DNA of 64,000 nucleotides, from NCBI GenBank assembly GCA_027923505.1, contig BROI01000002.1:1-64000 (forward strand). Direction: 5' to 3'. The notes under the pieces are model-generated. The model did not search any database, was not told the origin of the DNA, and was given only the letters and a program-made list of their open reading frames with translations. Of the stretch, positions 1-10,267 are shown piece by piece (the stretch's first letter is position 1; each line of letters starts with the position of its first letter). The DNA is from Mayamaea pseudoterrestris. Lineage: Eukaryota. The position numbers were made by a program, and so were the translations under genes.

Positions 1-691
1 GTTATGATAGGTTTCCACCAACACTTTCGTGCCAGCCAGTGCCTTGGTGAATAAGCCTTCATGCAGCAAACCAAACTTGTTGCGTCCAATACTTCCACGC
101 AACACAAACATGAGTTCAAATATATCCTGTCGTCGCATCAAGTGCACCAGTTCATCAATCCGCGCCGAAATGCGGTCGCGCTCGTAAATGGGACAGTTGG
201 GATCCGATCGCCACACGTCATTGTTTTGAATGGCGTCCATGCGCTCCGCCAAGTCCATCCACTCCTCCTGCGACGACGCCACGGATTGCTCCGCCTGGAG
301 CTGTCGCAGTAGTCGCGAGCGACTGGAAAAGTTGGCGAGCAAGTGGTTGACGAGTGTGGTGACAAAGTTGACGGACACCATGCCAGTTTCTAAAGCAATC
401 AGCAGCACCAGTTGCTTGGCCATGGCCTTGGGGACAAAGATTGTTTCAATGATTTCGGAACTGACCTGCTGGAGGACTGGAAGCTGGGCCATGATGAGTT
501 TGGCGGCTCTGCAAACGAATGCAAATAGGAATGCTTTACAGTGAGTTAATGGTCGAGACAAGATTCGGTCCTGGAAGAAGGATCAAGTCGAAGCACAAGT
601 CAAGACTTTAACCCCTGTCATGTTAGACTTACTCGTCGAGAACGGTATGAAAGAGCTCAAATTGATCCATGTCCTTGGTTCGACTTGACAT
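1..691 (-). CDS. SDP1/TGL3-4-type patatin triacylglycerol lipase, N-terminal part (DUF3336-like region); runs off the window start. Exons 691-633 and 508-<1
   Basis: Spliced by hand (GTAAGT donor at 632, CAG acceptor at 509-511). Translation MSSRTKDMDQF...SQEEWMDLAERMDAIQNNDVWRSDPNCPIYERDRI...LMFVLRGSIGRNKFGLLHEGLFTKALAGTKVLVETY matches the N-terminal domain of SDP1/TGL4-type lipases. Not in the ORF track in this frame. Confidence 0.85.
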
Positions 692-1306
692 GATGATCAG
701 TATATTGCTTCAAAGACGACTATTATAAGGGTTTGTATGACAAGACTGTTCGATAGGTGCGACTACAGGTTGGCGGTTGGATTATTGCTGAGAGTTTGCT
801 CTTGCTAGCTCGAAGCCTTCTTTTCTATTGCTTTAGCAGCTAAACAAACGGTCACCTCTCTAGTCTTTCGCAGCTTCCGTTAACCACCGCAAGGATTCGA
901 ATCCAGCATCAAGCGTAGCGCGTCGATGAACCTATTCTTGCTCAAACGGCGAATCATGGACCAGCCATCATCGTCGCGTCGTCATCGAATGTGACAGCAT
1001 GTCGTAGCGCCAATGCCGGCTGGCGCGGCAAGTGAAGGGTGTCAAGGAGAGCTAGCTAGGAACGAGGAGCCTAGGAGGTGACAAATACATCATTATAGCG
1101 TATGAAACTGCTACAAGCGACATATAAGACAGTGAAAGAATACGCAAATGGTGTGTTATAGATATAGCTTGTCATAGGCAGTGCAGAACGTGGTGATGGG
1201 TGATGTGCATCTTTGCTCGTTCATTTTCGACTTCGAGACTTGACGCCAACGCTAGGTCGAAACAGCATTCCAACCTCTCTAGCATCCATTCGCAGCAATG
1301 CTCTTT

Positions 1307-1946
1307 TTAATGACTCTCATATTCAGCAATTGCTTGATAGTCGACATGGTGATTGTAGGAATGATCCAAGGTTTCGCGTTGCATGAGCTCCGACTCGTCC
1401 GTCGTCAACTTCCACTGCCGCAAGACGTGCTGTTGCGCTTTCAATTCTTCCTTGGCGTTCAAACAATCCATTTGAGACTGTAGACTAAGTTTCAATGCTT
1501 GGCGAGCCGTCATGGTGGAATCAAATTGTAACGTTTCGTCGCTGTGTGATTCGCTTGATTCGTTCAAGCGATCAAGTTCTAAATGGCAAACAAGGGAGCA
1601 ATGCAGCGGCTTAGATGACTAGAGTTATCATGCACATGATAGCTTACATGATTCTTTCTTTTCGCAGTCATCAAGACATACCTTCAATCATGTCAATCAT
1701 TTCGTTCATGGAGCAGAGTCCATTCGACTCGGCGCAGTCCACAATGCGATCCATGGCAAGGGCTCGCGGTGGAGCCTCAAAGTGAGGCTGCAAGTATTCA
1801 TCGCGAGTTACAAATAGAAGTGATGGCGTTCGAATGATTTGATGTCGAGCGTGTCGAGAGGTACTCGCGCATCTGCTCCTGCCGACGGAGAAGGCAGAGG
1901 CAGCTTTGACGCTGCACAAGATAAGGAGAACAATCGCTTGCTTCAT
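1307..1946 (-). CDS. Small hypothetical plastid-targeted protein; exons 1946-1682 and 1578-1307
   Basis: Signal peptide ending ..KAASA|FSV (ASAF motif) followed by an S/R-rich transit-like stretch. A GTATG...TAG intron joins the two ORF-track frames (MIDMIE-ELDRLNE). Confidence 0.75.
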
Positions 1947-2287
1947 GGCAGAGCAATTTCCAATTTGATGCTCCGTAGATTTGTAAAGCTTGCCAAGAGG
2001 TTCGACTGCGGATCTATCAGCCCCGTTGTTCGTTCCTCGCCGTCAAGCAACAAGTTCTGAACGGCCTCATCGTGTCATCGTCGACTTCACGAAACGAACT
2101 TGTCGCACCACGAATGCAAATCACGACTCGCATCAAGATCGCGTTTCGGCGATAGTTACCGATATCGTGAGGAGAACGGAGGACGAGATACAGTTCGCAG
2201 AAGGAGAATCGTGGACAGCAACTACACTTACAGGCCCCGTCGTTCGTACATTCTCAGAAAGCGGAGAACAAAGACAGAATGAACGAA

Positions 2288-3771
2288 ATGGACGAAATCG
2301 ATCAAGAGTTTGTGCGGACCATGCTGGGTGAACATCTTGAAGATGCGCCTGATGGAATACCGATGGATGAGAGTTCAGAAAGTGAAACGGAGGATAAGCT
2401 TGAAGGTATGGTCCTGCTTCGATAAGGTGATTGCTGAAGCTCGCATTCTCATCTCGCTCTTTTGCTGCAGGCGAAATCGACTTGATCCTTGCCAAAATTA
2501 CGAAAAGAGTCGTCAAAGCCTCTGTTACCCACCTTTACCGCGAGTCCCTGAAGTTTGACGTTGGTTATCATCCAGATAATATCTTTGATGGCAATGTTGA
2601 TCGATGCATCGACGTAGGACGCGAGGCGCTACCTGTCATTGCAGGAAACACCGAACATAACAGTATGGTTGACCATTCACATGCTGGTAGTGTTATCGAT
2701 GATGCCAACATTTTTAATCAAGCGGATGAAGATGAGTATGCGAATCAATTTCTTTCGATTGTGGACGAGTCAAGCGACGGGAGAAAGAGTTTAGATGATT
2801 ATTTGGAGTCGGCGGGAAATTCATGCTCTGATGTGTCTTCAAGCTATTGGACCGAGCACAATGCGGAGGAACACTGCAAACTGCCTCCGCTAGCTGCAAA
2901 TCAGATAATTATTCCGTGTGCGACCAAGGGATTGGGCAATTTTGGGTTGGCTGGAGGCGCTTTCGCTGATGCATCGCAAAACATTCATCAGCAGGCAGCG
3001 CCATCGAGCGAACCGAAGCGTCCATTCCAGGAAGGGAACATCTTCGATGCAGCGAAGCCGGCTACGGCGAAACGAGCCCGAGTGGCACCGAAAAGCAGAC
3101 GGCAAATTGCCGACAAGAATTGGGAATTTCACTTCAACGAGTATGTTGCCTACGTTAAAGCAAATAAGACGCGCAGGGTGCCACAGAGGGAGAAGGTAGC
3201 GGGCACGGGTGGTCACGGATGGAACAAGAGTTTGGCCGCTTGGTTTATGAAACAGGGCAATATGTTCCGGCAAGGAAACTACAAGTTTATGACTGAGGAA
3301 CGGTTTGAAAGACTCAGTGAGGTGGATTTTGATTGGGGTCGGCAGAAGGATGTTTTTGAATCGACCTACTTGGTTCTGCTTGACTTTTTTTATATTGTTG
3401 ACCATTCAGATTTCCCAACAACGCCATTAAACAAGTCATCTGGTGCGGAGAAGCTGGCTGCAAAGGCGGACAAAGTCTTGCGCGGAAAAGTCATCGACAA
3501 AGCTCAACGAAAGCAGGTTGAGGAGTTACTTAAACAACCACAAATGCCGCGTCGGATAACTATGCTTCGTGACGAGTACAAAGAATGGGAGGATTGGCAC
3601 CTAACGAACGGTTCAAGTCCTATGGAGAAAAAATTGGATGATATGTATTGCTTATGGAAGATTCGTGAGGCAAAACTCGAAAAGATCAAGTTTCGGTTTT
3701 CTTGTCAGACGCGTCGCGCTAAACAAGGATTGAAGAGAATGAATGGGAAATCTAAATCGCGTTTTTGTTGA
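2288..3771 (+). CDS. Helicase-associated (HA) domain putative DNA-binding protein; exons 2288-2405 and 2471-3771
   Basis: WEFHFNEYVAYVKANKTRRVPQ...LAAWFMKQ...MTEERFERLSEVDFDW is the HA repeat pattern, with a degenerate second copy downstream. Basic NLS-like segment AKRARVAPKSRR. GTATG/CAG intron is in phase. Confidence 0.75.
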
Positions 3772-3877
3772 CCGCTTCGTCTGATAGATCACTTTGTTGT
3801 GTTTTGTAACCCAACAAGTTGATCCATCGGACAGGTGGGCAACAGACTGATGAGTTTGAGCCTGTCTATTATGCGTT

Positions 3878-3896
3878 TGTGTGCGTGCGTGCGTGC
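3878..3896. repeat. Short (GT)/(GTGC)n microsatellite between convergent genes
   Basis: tgtgtgcgtgcgtgcgtgc read directly from the sequence. Confidence 0.6.
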
Positions 3897-3961
3897 TGTG
3901 TATGCATGATATTTTATCACTCTATAGTAATTATTAATGTATTATGAAATTGTTATAAGAC

Positions 3962-5032
3962 TCAAAACCCTAGCTCCATGACTGTGAAGCGCAAGCGGCA
4001 TTCACTGTCAATGGAAACAAACGGAACTAGTTCAGCCATATCGGGTGTTGGCGGCGTCCAGTGGAACAGCACCACGCTTGGATCCGAAATAACATCGTCC
4101 TCCAAAGCCAAGGAGTTAAATGCCTTTGCCACGACGCGGTTATTGACGCTCCACAGCAAATGCTCCTTTGGCGACTTGCAACATTGAATTGTCACTTCCT
4201 CATGCGCAGTCCACGTTACACTGGGTATGCTAAAGTACTCTCGTTGGCCCGCACGATTGAAGGCTTCATAATAGGAAATATAGGGTGGAGGAGAATAAAC
4301 GTCGGACTCCAGGTGCCTGGTGATGAGGTAAATCAAGCCCGTGTGACCAGACGAATCTCGCTGCATCCAGCCAATGTGGGCATGCCCAACCGTTGGGTCT
4401 GAAATGGCAACTTCAAAGGCTTTAAAATTGCGTTCAAACGATGCACATGCATTTGCAGCTGCATGCAGGCCCTCTCGCACTGCTTGTCGTTGCAGCAAGT
4501 CCACGAAGTACTCTCGATAGTGGATGGAAGCATTTGGCTCCCATTCCCAGTGTAACACGTCGCGGCTTGCCACCGTGGGTGGCGTGCTTTTTGTAAAGAG
4601 AGCCACTGGATAAAAGGCATCCGTCAAGCCGTAATGGTCAACAGCTAATCGAAATCGCTTTTCCAAATGCAAATCGGTAAAGGTTGGAGGCTCCAAATCA
4701 AATGCTATCGGTGTCTGTTTCGAAATGTCACGTAAATGATTCAAGAGTGGAACGAAAATGGCCGGATCTTCGTCCACAAAATAATTGCCGTGAGCGTCAC
4801 GAGCCAAATTACTGTCCCATCTACCACTGAATCGGCGCGCCAAAAGGGATGTTTCGACGAACGTGAGTGTGCTGCGAAGCACTTGCGTGGTGCAACTTCC
4901 TCCAATGTTGAGCGTCAAAACGTCACTGCTGCTGCATGTCGTAAGTTCCGTAACGGTTTTTGAATTCATTTGCATAGGCTCGTCATCGTCCATGCCGTTG
5001 GCTGCCTTGTTTTCGTTTCGCAAAGAGTCCAT
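3962..5032 (-). CDS. KCTD-type BTB/POZ (potassium-channel tetramerisation T1) domain protein
   Basis: VLTLNIGG..TQVLRSTLT..ETSLLARRFSGRW...RDAHGNYFVDEDPAIFVPLLNHLR is the T1-BTB signature. First ATG in frame is at 5032. Confidence 0.85.
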   Translation of the reverse strand: MDSLRNENKAANGMDDDEPMQMNSKTVTELTTCSSSDVLTLNIGGSCTTQVLRSTLTFVETSLLARRFSGRWDSNLARDAHGNYFVDEDPAIFVPLLNHLRDISKQTPIAFDLEPPTFTDLHLEKRFRLAVDHYGLTDAFYPVALFTKSTPPTVASRDVLHWEWEPNASIHYREYFVDLLQRQAVREGLHAAANACASFERNFKAFEVAISDPTVGHAHIGWMQRDSSGHTGLIYLITRHLESDVYSPPPYISYYEAFNRAGQREYFSIPSVTWTAHEEVTIQCCKSPKEHLLWSVNNRVVAKAFNSLALEDDVISDPSVVLFHWTPPTPDMAELVPFVSIDSECRLRFTVMELGF

Positions 5033-5190
5033 TTTGCATGAGCAACTGATCGAATTTTTGTTGAGTTGTTGGGTTGTTTGCAACGTTCCGTGAAACGTCA
5101 TATGACGTCATTATTAAACCGCTCCGACATGCTCAGTTTAAAACCGCTACGATCTCAAGCTTTGCGACGGCGCGCCTTTCCGATGTCACC

Positions 5191-6894
5191 ATGGGAAAGC
5201 AGCTTCCTGCAACGGCACCTCTTGTAGTTTTCCTGCGTCCATGGCCATTACAAAGAATGGACAAGTCTCCCTCATTTATTAGAAATGGACCCAGAATAAA
5301 TTCGTCCATGTCCAAGGATGACGTGCCGTCCGACGCTGCAGCAGCCGTCGCTTCAACCATCATGTTTGATTCCAAGGTTAATTCGCTGGCAGACTTTGGA
5401 TGCACGCATCGACGGATCCGCGGCCGTCTCTACGCCACAAGAGAAGCCTTACTATTCTACAGCAACTTGCTGGGATTTGAAACACGGATTACCGTCTTGA
5501 TGTGCGACATAAATTCGATGGAACTTGTTCGAACGACAAGCATTGAGCTGCGGCTATGCGATGGTGAAGTTTACACGTTTTCGAGTTTTCAGAATCGAGA
5601 GCACGTATTACAAGTGTTAGTAGGGATTCGACCAGGCGTCAAACGTAGCGCGATCATGCAGCAACAGCCTCTGCGACGTCAAAGATCGTCACCTCTCCGT
5701 AGCCAAGCATCGGATCCGACGACTTTGAATGCCATGCGATTGACAATGCCGACTAGCTCGTCAACGCCGGAGCTAAATATCAATGACGAGAATGACGAAG
5801 ACTTGCTTTCCGTATCATCCGTCACGACGCCTCTACGATCCAATCGGCAACGAGCCTCTTCGGAAACGGCAGCTGACAAGAGGCATTTGAGATTGCAGCC
5901 CACAAGTGCACTCTTTGACTCGCCAGATCTACAGGAACCGAATGAATCATATGATTCAACTAGTGCTGATGATGAGCTTGCTCTTGATAAATCGATGCTG
6001 CTAGATGATCATGGCCCGTTTCAAGATGAGGCGACGATTGAACGGGAGTGGAAGGTGGCGCTGGATGCGCAGCTTGCCAACGCTCCATTAAAAATTTGCA
6101 TGATTGGCGTGATACTACACTGCAATCTGCAATTATTTTACAACAAGTTTCTGGCAGACAATGCGCCTCATTCAATCGATCAATACCAACGAGACGAGAT
6201 TGGCGACAAGAACGTTGTCATGAGTCCGTGGACCAAAGACGACAGTGGCGTCTTGTTTCGAAAAATGACCTCTCTTCACCCAATCACCAACTCCATGGGC
6301 ATGGGTCCATCGGAAGCTCGAACGACGCGCATACAAAAGATGCAACGATTCGGTAACGTTGGACTGATCATTGAAGGTACCACCAGAGTGGAAGGAGTTC
6401 CTGCCGCAGATGCCTTTAGCGTCTGCGACCTGTGGCTGGTGGAAGCTATGAATGACAATGAGCAAGTGCGTTTGACGACGCGGTTTGAAACTCGCTTTCA
6501 CAAGCGATGCTTGTTTAAAAGCTTCATCGAAAAGTCCGTCTTGGCGCAAACGACGGAATGGTATTCCGGCTATCAAAAGTTACTAATGAGGGCTTTAACG
6601 CAGCAGGGTGAGACGATTGACAATAAACAACAAGAATTGGAAGTACTCGAGCCGTTTAAGTTGTCTGACCGTGAGCGCGTTGGCTCTCTTGAACAACGAT
6701 CCCTACATAGACTATTCGCGCTCGTCGTTTGCCTTGGTGTGGCAATGGTCGCCATGATGTGGCAGCTCTTTTCCATGGCAAAGACTATCGGACTCCTGCG
6801 ATCCGAGATTTCTGGCTTGAGAGAGGAATTCTTGTTATTTGTGCAAGTTATGGAAAAGGCAAGTTATGCCGATCTTTCGCACCATGCTATATGA
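5191..6894 (+). CDS. GRAM + VASt (StART-like) domain tail-anchored sterol/lipid transfer protein (LAM/Aster/VAD1 family)
   Basis: GRAM: DFGC...GRLYATREALLFYSNLLGFETRITV...YTFSSFQNRE. VASt: NVVMSPW...GVPAADAFSV...FKSFIEKS. C-terminal TM helix followed by a coiled coil. Start codon uncertain (5191, 5257 or 5308). Confidence 0.85.
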   Translation: MGKQLPATAPLVVFLRPWPLQRMDKSPSFIRNGPRINSSMSKDDVPSDAAAAVASTIMFDSKVNSLADFGCTHRRIRGRLYATREALLFYSNLLGFETRITVLMCDINSMELVRTTSIELRLCDGEVYTFSSFQNREHVLQVLVGIRPGVKRSAIMQQQPLRRQRSSPLRSQASDPTTLNAMRLTMPTSSSTPELNINDENDEDLLSVSSVTTPLRSNRQRASSETAADKRHLRLQPTSALFDSPDLQEPNESYDSTSADDELALDKSMLLDDHGPFQDEATIEREWKVALDAQLANAPLKICMIGVILHCNLQLFYNKFLADNAPHSIDQYQRDEIGDKNVVMSPWTKDDSGVLFRKMTSLHPITNSMGMGPSEARTTRIQKMQRFGNVGLIIEGTTRVEGVPAADAFSVCDLWLVEAMNDNEQVRLTTRFETRFHKRCLFKSFIEKSVLAQTTEWYSGYQKLLMRALTQQGETIDNKQQELEVLEPFKLSDRERVGSLEQRSLHRLFALVVCLGVAMVAMMWQLFSMAKTIGLLRSEISGLREEFLLFVQVMEKASYADLSHHAI

Positions 6895-7105
6895 AAATGC
6901 GCATCACCGACTTTTGTCATGAGGTTTGGCCGCAACTACTGTACGCGGCTCCAAAACACTGTCAACGTAAATTATGGTAGCTGCGTTAGCATGCAATGTG
7001 TTTATTGCAACTTGCTTGTATTGGCGTGCGCTGTTACGGTACGTTTACGGGTATATGTAAAGCAAGTACATGGGATCGTTGCGTTACATAGAGAGGATAC
7101 CTTAG

Positions 7106-7543
7106 TTAATTGAGTTCATTGTCACTATTCGTTTGTTCTTGATTGCACGAAAAGTAGGCCATGAGCAAAACACTGATGAAGATCGTCACGAGTAACACGA
7201 CGAGACCCATGACAAGGGCGACTCGCGTCTTTTGTGTAGCTTGTTGGTCCGCCAAACATCGTTCCATCTTTTCGTCGTCCGACAAGTCGCATCCTGGTCC
7301 AACCATATGTGATGATCGTTTCATGGCATGATGCAGCTCATCTGCTGTCTTGCAGGCAAAAGCTGATCCACGTTCCACATCTGGTGAATCATTGGTTGTA
7401 GGGATTGACTGCTCGCCATCACTTGCGGGATGCGCTTCAGTCGTCAAGCATGGCATGTCTTCAATGTCGTGAGTGCCGTCCGTTTCGTCGCTATACATGG
7501 TACTAGCGACTGATGGATGCATTTGCGTATGAGTAGAGTTCAT
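7106..7543 (-). CDS. Small acidic single-pass (tail-anchored-like) membrane protein, paralog A
   Basis: Acidic disordered N-terminus, then KTRVALVMGLVVLLVTIFISVLLMAYFSC TM helix. Similar to the neighbouring 8522-9007 gene. Confidence 0.65.
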   Translation of the reverse strand: MNSTHTQMHPSVASTMYSDETDGTHDIEDMPCLTTEAHPASDGEQSIPTTNDSPDVERGSAFACKTADELHHAMKRSSHMVGPGCDLSDDEKMERCLADQQATQKTRVALVMGLVVLLVTIFISVLLMAYFSCNQEQTNSDNELN

Positions 7544-8521
7544 TTTCAATGTATTGGCAGATATTGTACCGGTACGTTTCCTTTGGCTGGTGTAAAAGAA
7601 GAGTTATGAACTCTTGTAGTAGGAGGTCATCAACATCTCGCTCGTGCGTCGCGTCGGACAAATTCAACGGGGAACAGACGGAAGGCAACCCGGCGAATTC
7701 TCCGGTCATTTTTGACGGAGATAAGCAGGCCATTCTGAGTCACTGGCGTAAGCCAATCGGGCAATGATCGTTGTAACATCTGCCATCCGTACGTCAGTGT
7801 TCTTTTTGGACATTCGCAAGACCAAAACTATTGCCTAATGTCATTGACATATATTCAGTCGCGTCTCAACGTTGGAGCAAGCCAGTCAAAACCAACCATG
7901 TCGGTAAATAAGCAACGTGGCCATTGAGAAAGCGACGCCTTGATGTCGTGGATACAACATGGCCTTGCCTGTTGATATGGTCGACTCAATACGTTAAATG
8001 ACGCCACTCACTCATATGTATCATATACGCACCGTACGTGTTCAATCACATATCGTAAGCTGTGCGTATGTATGTGAATGGGTCGAATCCGCAAGGCGAA
8101 AGTCGTCGAGGAACTGGACAAGGTCGGCAACTCGTATGTTTACAGTATAGGTTAGATATTGTACCGGCAAGTATGCTGTAGTCGAATATGCGACTCAAGC
8201 TACCGGTAGAGCTATATACCAGTATGGTATACAGAGCTAAAGCATGTCACGCAATAGCTGCATTTTCGTATCTCGATCATTACATAGCTCACATAGTTAT
8301 ATGCACAATTGCATTGAGATGTCTAAATATGTACGTTCCAAGTTCTCCGCAGTACACATGTATTAGGAGAAGTACTTTGTCAATCGTCTGGGTAATCGCT
8401 TTGCGTCCAGCCGCCGCCAACGAGTCCAATTTTAAAAAAGGCGGAGCGGATAATTACCACATCGACGGATCCAATGACAGCTTTCTCAGCCACAAAGCCA
8501 TATAGGTTACAAGCTGCATGT

Positions 8522-9007
8522 TCAACTTGGCGCATCGTCAGCAGAGTCCAGACTGCATCTGTAAGAAATGATTGCCATGACGACGCTTATAAAGATCGCC
8601 ACGAGAAGGACAAGTAGACCAATAAGCAAGGCCATTCTAATCTTTCGTAGCTGGGTTTCATCCATCGCTTGTGATGTTGGTTTGTGTATCTCCTTTTCTT
8701 GTGCCACTTCCAAATCCGAGCCGTGAATGATGAGCTTTGAAACCCGTCTGGGTCGCTTCTCCTTTCGATCCAAGGAAGATCCTGACAGTGATTCTGACAG
8801 TGAAGCAGGCGCTCCATGCTCCACGTCATATTCGTAAGGATCAAGTGTTTCGGGTATCACTGAAAGTCTCCGTATAGAAACATTCTCGGTTGCGCCAGTT
8901 GCTTCATCAGTCTCTTGCTTGGCTGTCAGCAATGCATCATACTCGCTCAAACTACTCGACGACGAGTCTGCTTCGGCTACAGCGCAATAATCCAATGAGC
9001 TCTTCAT
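8522..9007 (-). CDS. Small acidic single-pass membrane protein, paralog B
   Basis: KIRMALLIGLLVLLVAIFISVVMAIISYRC TM helix, with DVEHG matching DVERG in paralog A. First ATG in frame is at 9007. Confidence 0.65.
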   Translation of the reverse strand: MKSSLDYCAVAEADSSSSSLSEYDALLTAKQETDEATGATENVSIRRLSVIPETLDPYEYDVEHGAPASLSESLSGSSLDRKEKRPRRVSKLIIHGSDLEVAQEKEIHKPTSQAMDETQLRKIRMALLIGLLVLLVAIFISVVMAIISYRCSLDSADDAPS

Positions 9008-10267
9008 CTTTTGCCAGGTTTGTGTGCGAAAGCGTTTGCCAAGGGTTTGCGTGTAATAACTGCGCGAGGACAATAACAACAGACTCGTCGAGGGCAGCCA
9101 AGGTTTGCAGTGTTTGCCCTGCCGCGTCGATGTCCGATGTGACAGCTGCCGGTGTATCTGACGTGTTCGTCCGAATTACGTATTTTTTCCTTCTACATGG
9201 ACGAATCAACCGTCTTGATACTTTGTTTGCATGTAACGGTGACTCATTGGTCACGGAACGCCGGAGCCTCTGGCGTGGGGTTTCGCCGATTCACTTTGTT
9301 ATTGTACACTATTTGCTATAGTAATACTCGCTATCATCTGGATGCACATCCGCGAGAAGCAATCGAAGAAGCCCTCTGTTCTTTTCTTTTCTTCCTTTAA
9401 GCAATAGTGACACTGACAAATGGATCCATCGACCTCGATCGCATCTGTTGTGATACAAATTACATGCCTTGTCATTGGCGTAACGTTCACGGTGACATGA
9501 GTGGAGAGCAATTGTAGCTCCTTTCTATCGGAGGTCCCGGCTCGGTCGAGGTTCGGTTAAGCTCGTCCGCTTGTGTGTGTAATCAGCTACTCTATGTGAA
9601 TGTTTGGAGATCTTGTTGTCATACACGGGTGCCCAAAGACTTTAGAAATCTGCTTAACTGATTGTGCTATCATAGCTGCTAGAACTTTGTTGTTTTCTAT
9701 GGGTTTCCTACGCTTATGGTAGCCGCTCGACGCTTTTGCCTCGCCTGGCCATACGGTACCGCGAGAACATCGCATCGTGACTCAAAGATAGGAATCCGGA
9801 ATCGGTCATGAAGCTATTTGCCAAGCAGCCGCAGCGTCACAATTACGAGTACAACAAGAAGAAACACGCCGTAGTTAAAGGATTGTTTACTTGCGTGACT
9901 GCTTGCTAGTATAGAGAGACGAGCATTCCGTGATAGGTGAGAAGAAATAATGATACTCGTGATTCGAAGGATCTGGCGAGATCGAAACAAATACTCCGCG
10001 CGAGGGACTCGGAGCGACTCACTGATGCTCTTGACTGACTTGACCGACGGACTCGACTCGATCGCTCATTTCATGTTGTTTTCGATTCACACTTGCTTTC
10101 ATACCTTGGCATGCATGAGCTTGCCTTGTTGTGCGATGATGCGCGTCAGCTCCTGCCATTACGTATATGTTCAACGTTGACGCTGAATTCTGACACGTGA
10201 CTTCTTCATGCTCTTACAGTTAGTAAAATCAACGAGTCGTACCTTCATTCGTCAAGCTTGATTCACC

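Noticed and set aside
61..544. ORF-track ORFs 61-312, 138-365 and 230-544
   Set aside because: Shadow frames of the minus-strand lipase exon, which is open to the window edge.
7750..8520. Long AT-richer intergenic stretch with a 105-aa ORF (8188-8505), considered as transposon remnant or ncRNA
   Set aside because: No terminal repeats, transposase/RT motifs or recognisable RNA structure; the ORF has no coding-like features.
9080..10260. 1.2-kb region with short ORFs and GACT-rich low-complexity sequence near 10000-10070
   Set aside because: No regular repeat unit or spacer structure; most simply the divergent promoter and 5' UTR of flanking genes.
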